A DNA stretch of 64,000 nt from Lama glama (Eukaryota). The stretch's first letter is position 1; every line of letters begins with the position of its first letter. Location: assembly GCA_028534125.1 (NCBI GenBank), contig CM052816.1:43030001-43094000 (forward strand). Reading direction: 5' to 3'. The translations under genes and the position numbers were made by a program. The notes beneath the pieces are model-generated. The model had not been told where the DNA came from and searched no databases. It saw only the letters and a program-made list of their open reading frames with translations. This document shows positions 62,405-64,000 of the stretch, piece by piece.

Positions 62405-63030
62405 TCTTCCCCCTAGCTTTAGTGAGATATAATTGACATATAACATTGTGTAATTTTCAGGTGTACCATATGCTAATTTGATATACATATATATTGTAAG
62501 ATGTTTACCACAATAAGATCAGTTAATGTATCCTTTACCTCACATAATTGCCATTTTGTTGCTGCTGCTGTTTTGGTGAGAACATTAAAGCTCGACTCCT
62601 AAAGCGTTTTCAAGTATACAGTATAGTATCGTTAACTATAGTTATCACGCTGTACATTAGATCCCCAAAACTTACTCATCTTATAATGGAAAGTTTGGAC
62701 CATTTTACCAACATCTTCCCATTTCTCCCAACCCTCAGCCCCTGGCAACCACCATTCTAATTTCTGTTTCTATGAGTGAAGTTTTTAGATTCCACATATG
62801 AGACCATACAGTATTTATCATTCTCTGCTGACTTACTTCAGTTAGCATAATGCCCCCAGGATCCATTCATGTTGTTGCAAAAGGCAGGATTTCTTTCTTT
62901 TTATGCCTGAATAATATTCCAGTGTGTGTGGGTGTATGTGTGTGTACTACATTTTCTTTATCCATTCATCCACTGATGGGCACTTAGATTGTTTCCATGT
63001 CTTGACTGTTGTAAATAATGCACATTTTCT
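62405..63030 (-). mobile_element. L1 3' end (L1MA9-like)
   Basis: agctttagtgagatataattgacatataacattgtg ... ctgtacattagatccccaaaacttactcatc. Confidence 0.85.
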
Positions 63031-63174
63031 GTTTCCTTGGCTGGTGTACCCTGATCTTCAAGGCTGTCAGACCAGCATGAATGATGCCTGCACAGTACCT
63101 CCACAAACAGTTCTTTGCCTCCGTTCTCAATACCCTGGCTTCCTTTTCTTTTTTGTCCTACAACCATGCAGATA

Positions 63175-63640
63175 CTTATTTTTTTTTAAACTTATTGAGG
63201 TATAGTTTACATACAATAAAAAATATAGATTTTAAGAGTACAATTTGATAGGTTTTGACAAATGTGTATACCATGTAACCACTACCCTAATCAAGATATA
63301 AATTATTTTCATCATACTGGAAAGTCCTCTTATGTTCCTTTGCAATCACTCCCACTCCTGCCTTTGACCTGGGGAGCCACAGATCTAATTTTTGTCACCA
63401 TAGATTATTTTGTTCTAGAACTTCATATAAATGAAATGCTGACTTATTTCATTCAGAAAAATGTCTGTGAGATTATCTGTGGTGTTGCATGTATACACAG
63501 TTTGTCCATTTTTATTTGTGAGTAGGATTTCTTTTTATTGCTGTACTATAAGTTGTTTCTCCACTCACCTGTTGATGGACATTTGGGTTATTTCTAGTCT
63601 GAGACTCATATAAACAATGCTGTATGAGACTGTGTACAGT
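63175..63640 (-). mobile_element. Old L1 3' end (L1MB/ME-like)
   Basis: aacttattgaggtatagtttacatacaataaa ... ttctagaacttcatataaatg ... gatggacatttgggtt. Confidence 0.8.
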
Positions 63641-63654
63641 CTGTTTGTTTAGGT

Positions 63655-64000
63655 GAAACTTTTTGAGATAATTATAGATTTCACATGCAGTTTTAAGAAG
63701 TGGTATGGAAAGATCCCATGTACCTTTTATTCAGTTTTCCCCATTGGTAACATCTTGTTAAATTAGAGTACATTGTTACTACCAGGAAATTGATATTTAT
63801 ATTGATAGAATCCACTGATCTCATTCAGATTTCCCAGTTTTATTCATTTCTTCCCTCCCCTCCACGTGTGTGTATGTTTAATTTTAGGCAAGTTTATCCC
63901 ACGTGTAGTTTTGTATACCCACCACCACTGTCAGATTCAGAACAGTCCTATACTCACAGAGGTCTCTCAGGTTGCCCTTATGTAACCACAGGCATCTCCT
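63655..64000 (-). mobile_element. Old L1 3' end (L1MC-like), runs off the window
   Basis: ttttgagataattatagatttcacatgcag...aaccaggaaattgat-like motifs. Confidence 0.7.

Larger units (their letters stand above)
1..64000 (+). other. Probable intronic sequence of an unidentified large + strand host gene (camelid genome)
   Basis: No recognisable coding exon or CpG island. Most L1 fragments are antisense to +, and + appears T-rich by eye; both patterns are typical of long introns. Inference only. Confidence 0.45.

Noticed and set aside
1..64000. CRISPR array, operon or other prokaryotic-type system
   Set aside because: The sequence is mammalian (L1, MIR, L2, MaLR, Vic-1-type SINE); there is no repeat-spacer array or gene-dense segment.

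Overview
Mammalian, AT-rich, CpG-poor and repeat-dense sequence, almost certainly from a camelid. The evidence is a Vic-1-type tRNA-Ala-derived SINE at ~21.3 kb and young L1 copies sharing a 3' end that I recall as camelid. I cannot recognise any protein-coding gene: the ORF track is explained by L1 fragments, N-runs and chance ORFs. Most L1 fragments are antisense to the + strand and + looks T-rich, which suggests the window lies inside a long intron of a + strand gene that I cannot identify. The content is several age layers of L1 (including nested, twin-primed and ultra-truncated copies with target-site duplications, TSDs), MIR, L2, MaLR/ERV LTRs, hAT and Tigger fossils, microsatellites and two 500-N gaps. 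Subfamily names are from memory and repeat boundaries are approximate unless a TSD is quoted. The best non-repeat signals are: a 175-bp ungapped local duplication (57436-57610 / 59745-59919) inside a cluster of minus-strand splice-site-bounded segments (possible antisense transcript); six E-boxes in 58 bp at 20.9 kb; a knot of overlapping inverted and direct repeats at 24.9 kb; and an exon-like unit just outside an L1 5' end at 9.6 kb. None of this establishes a new biological system; these are testable leads.
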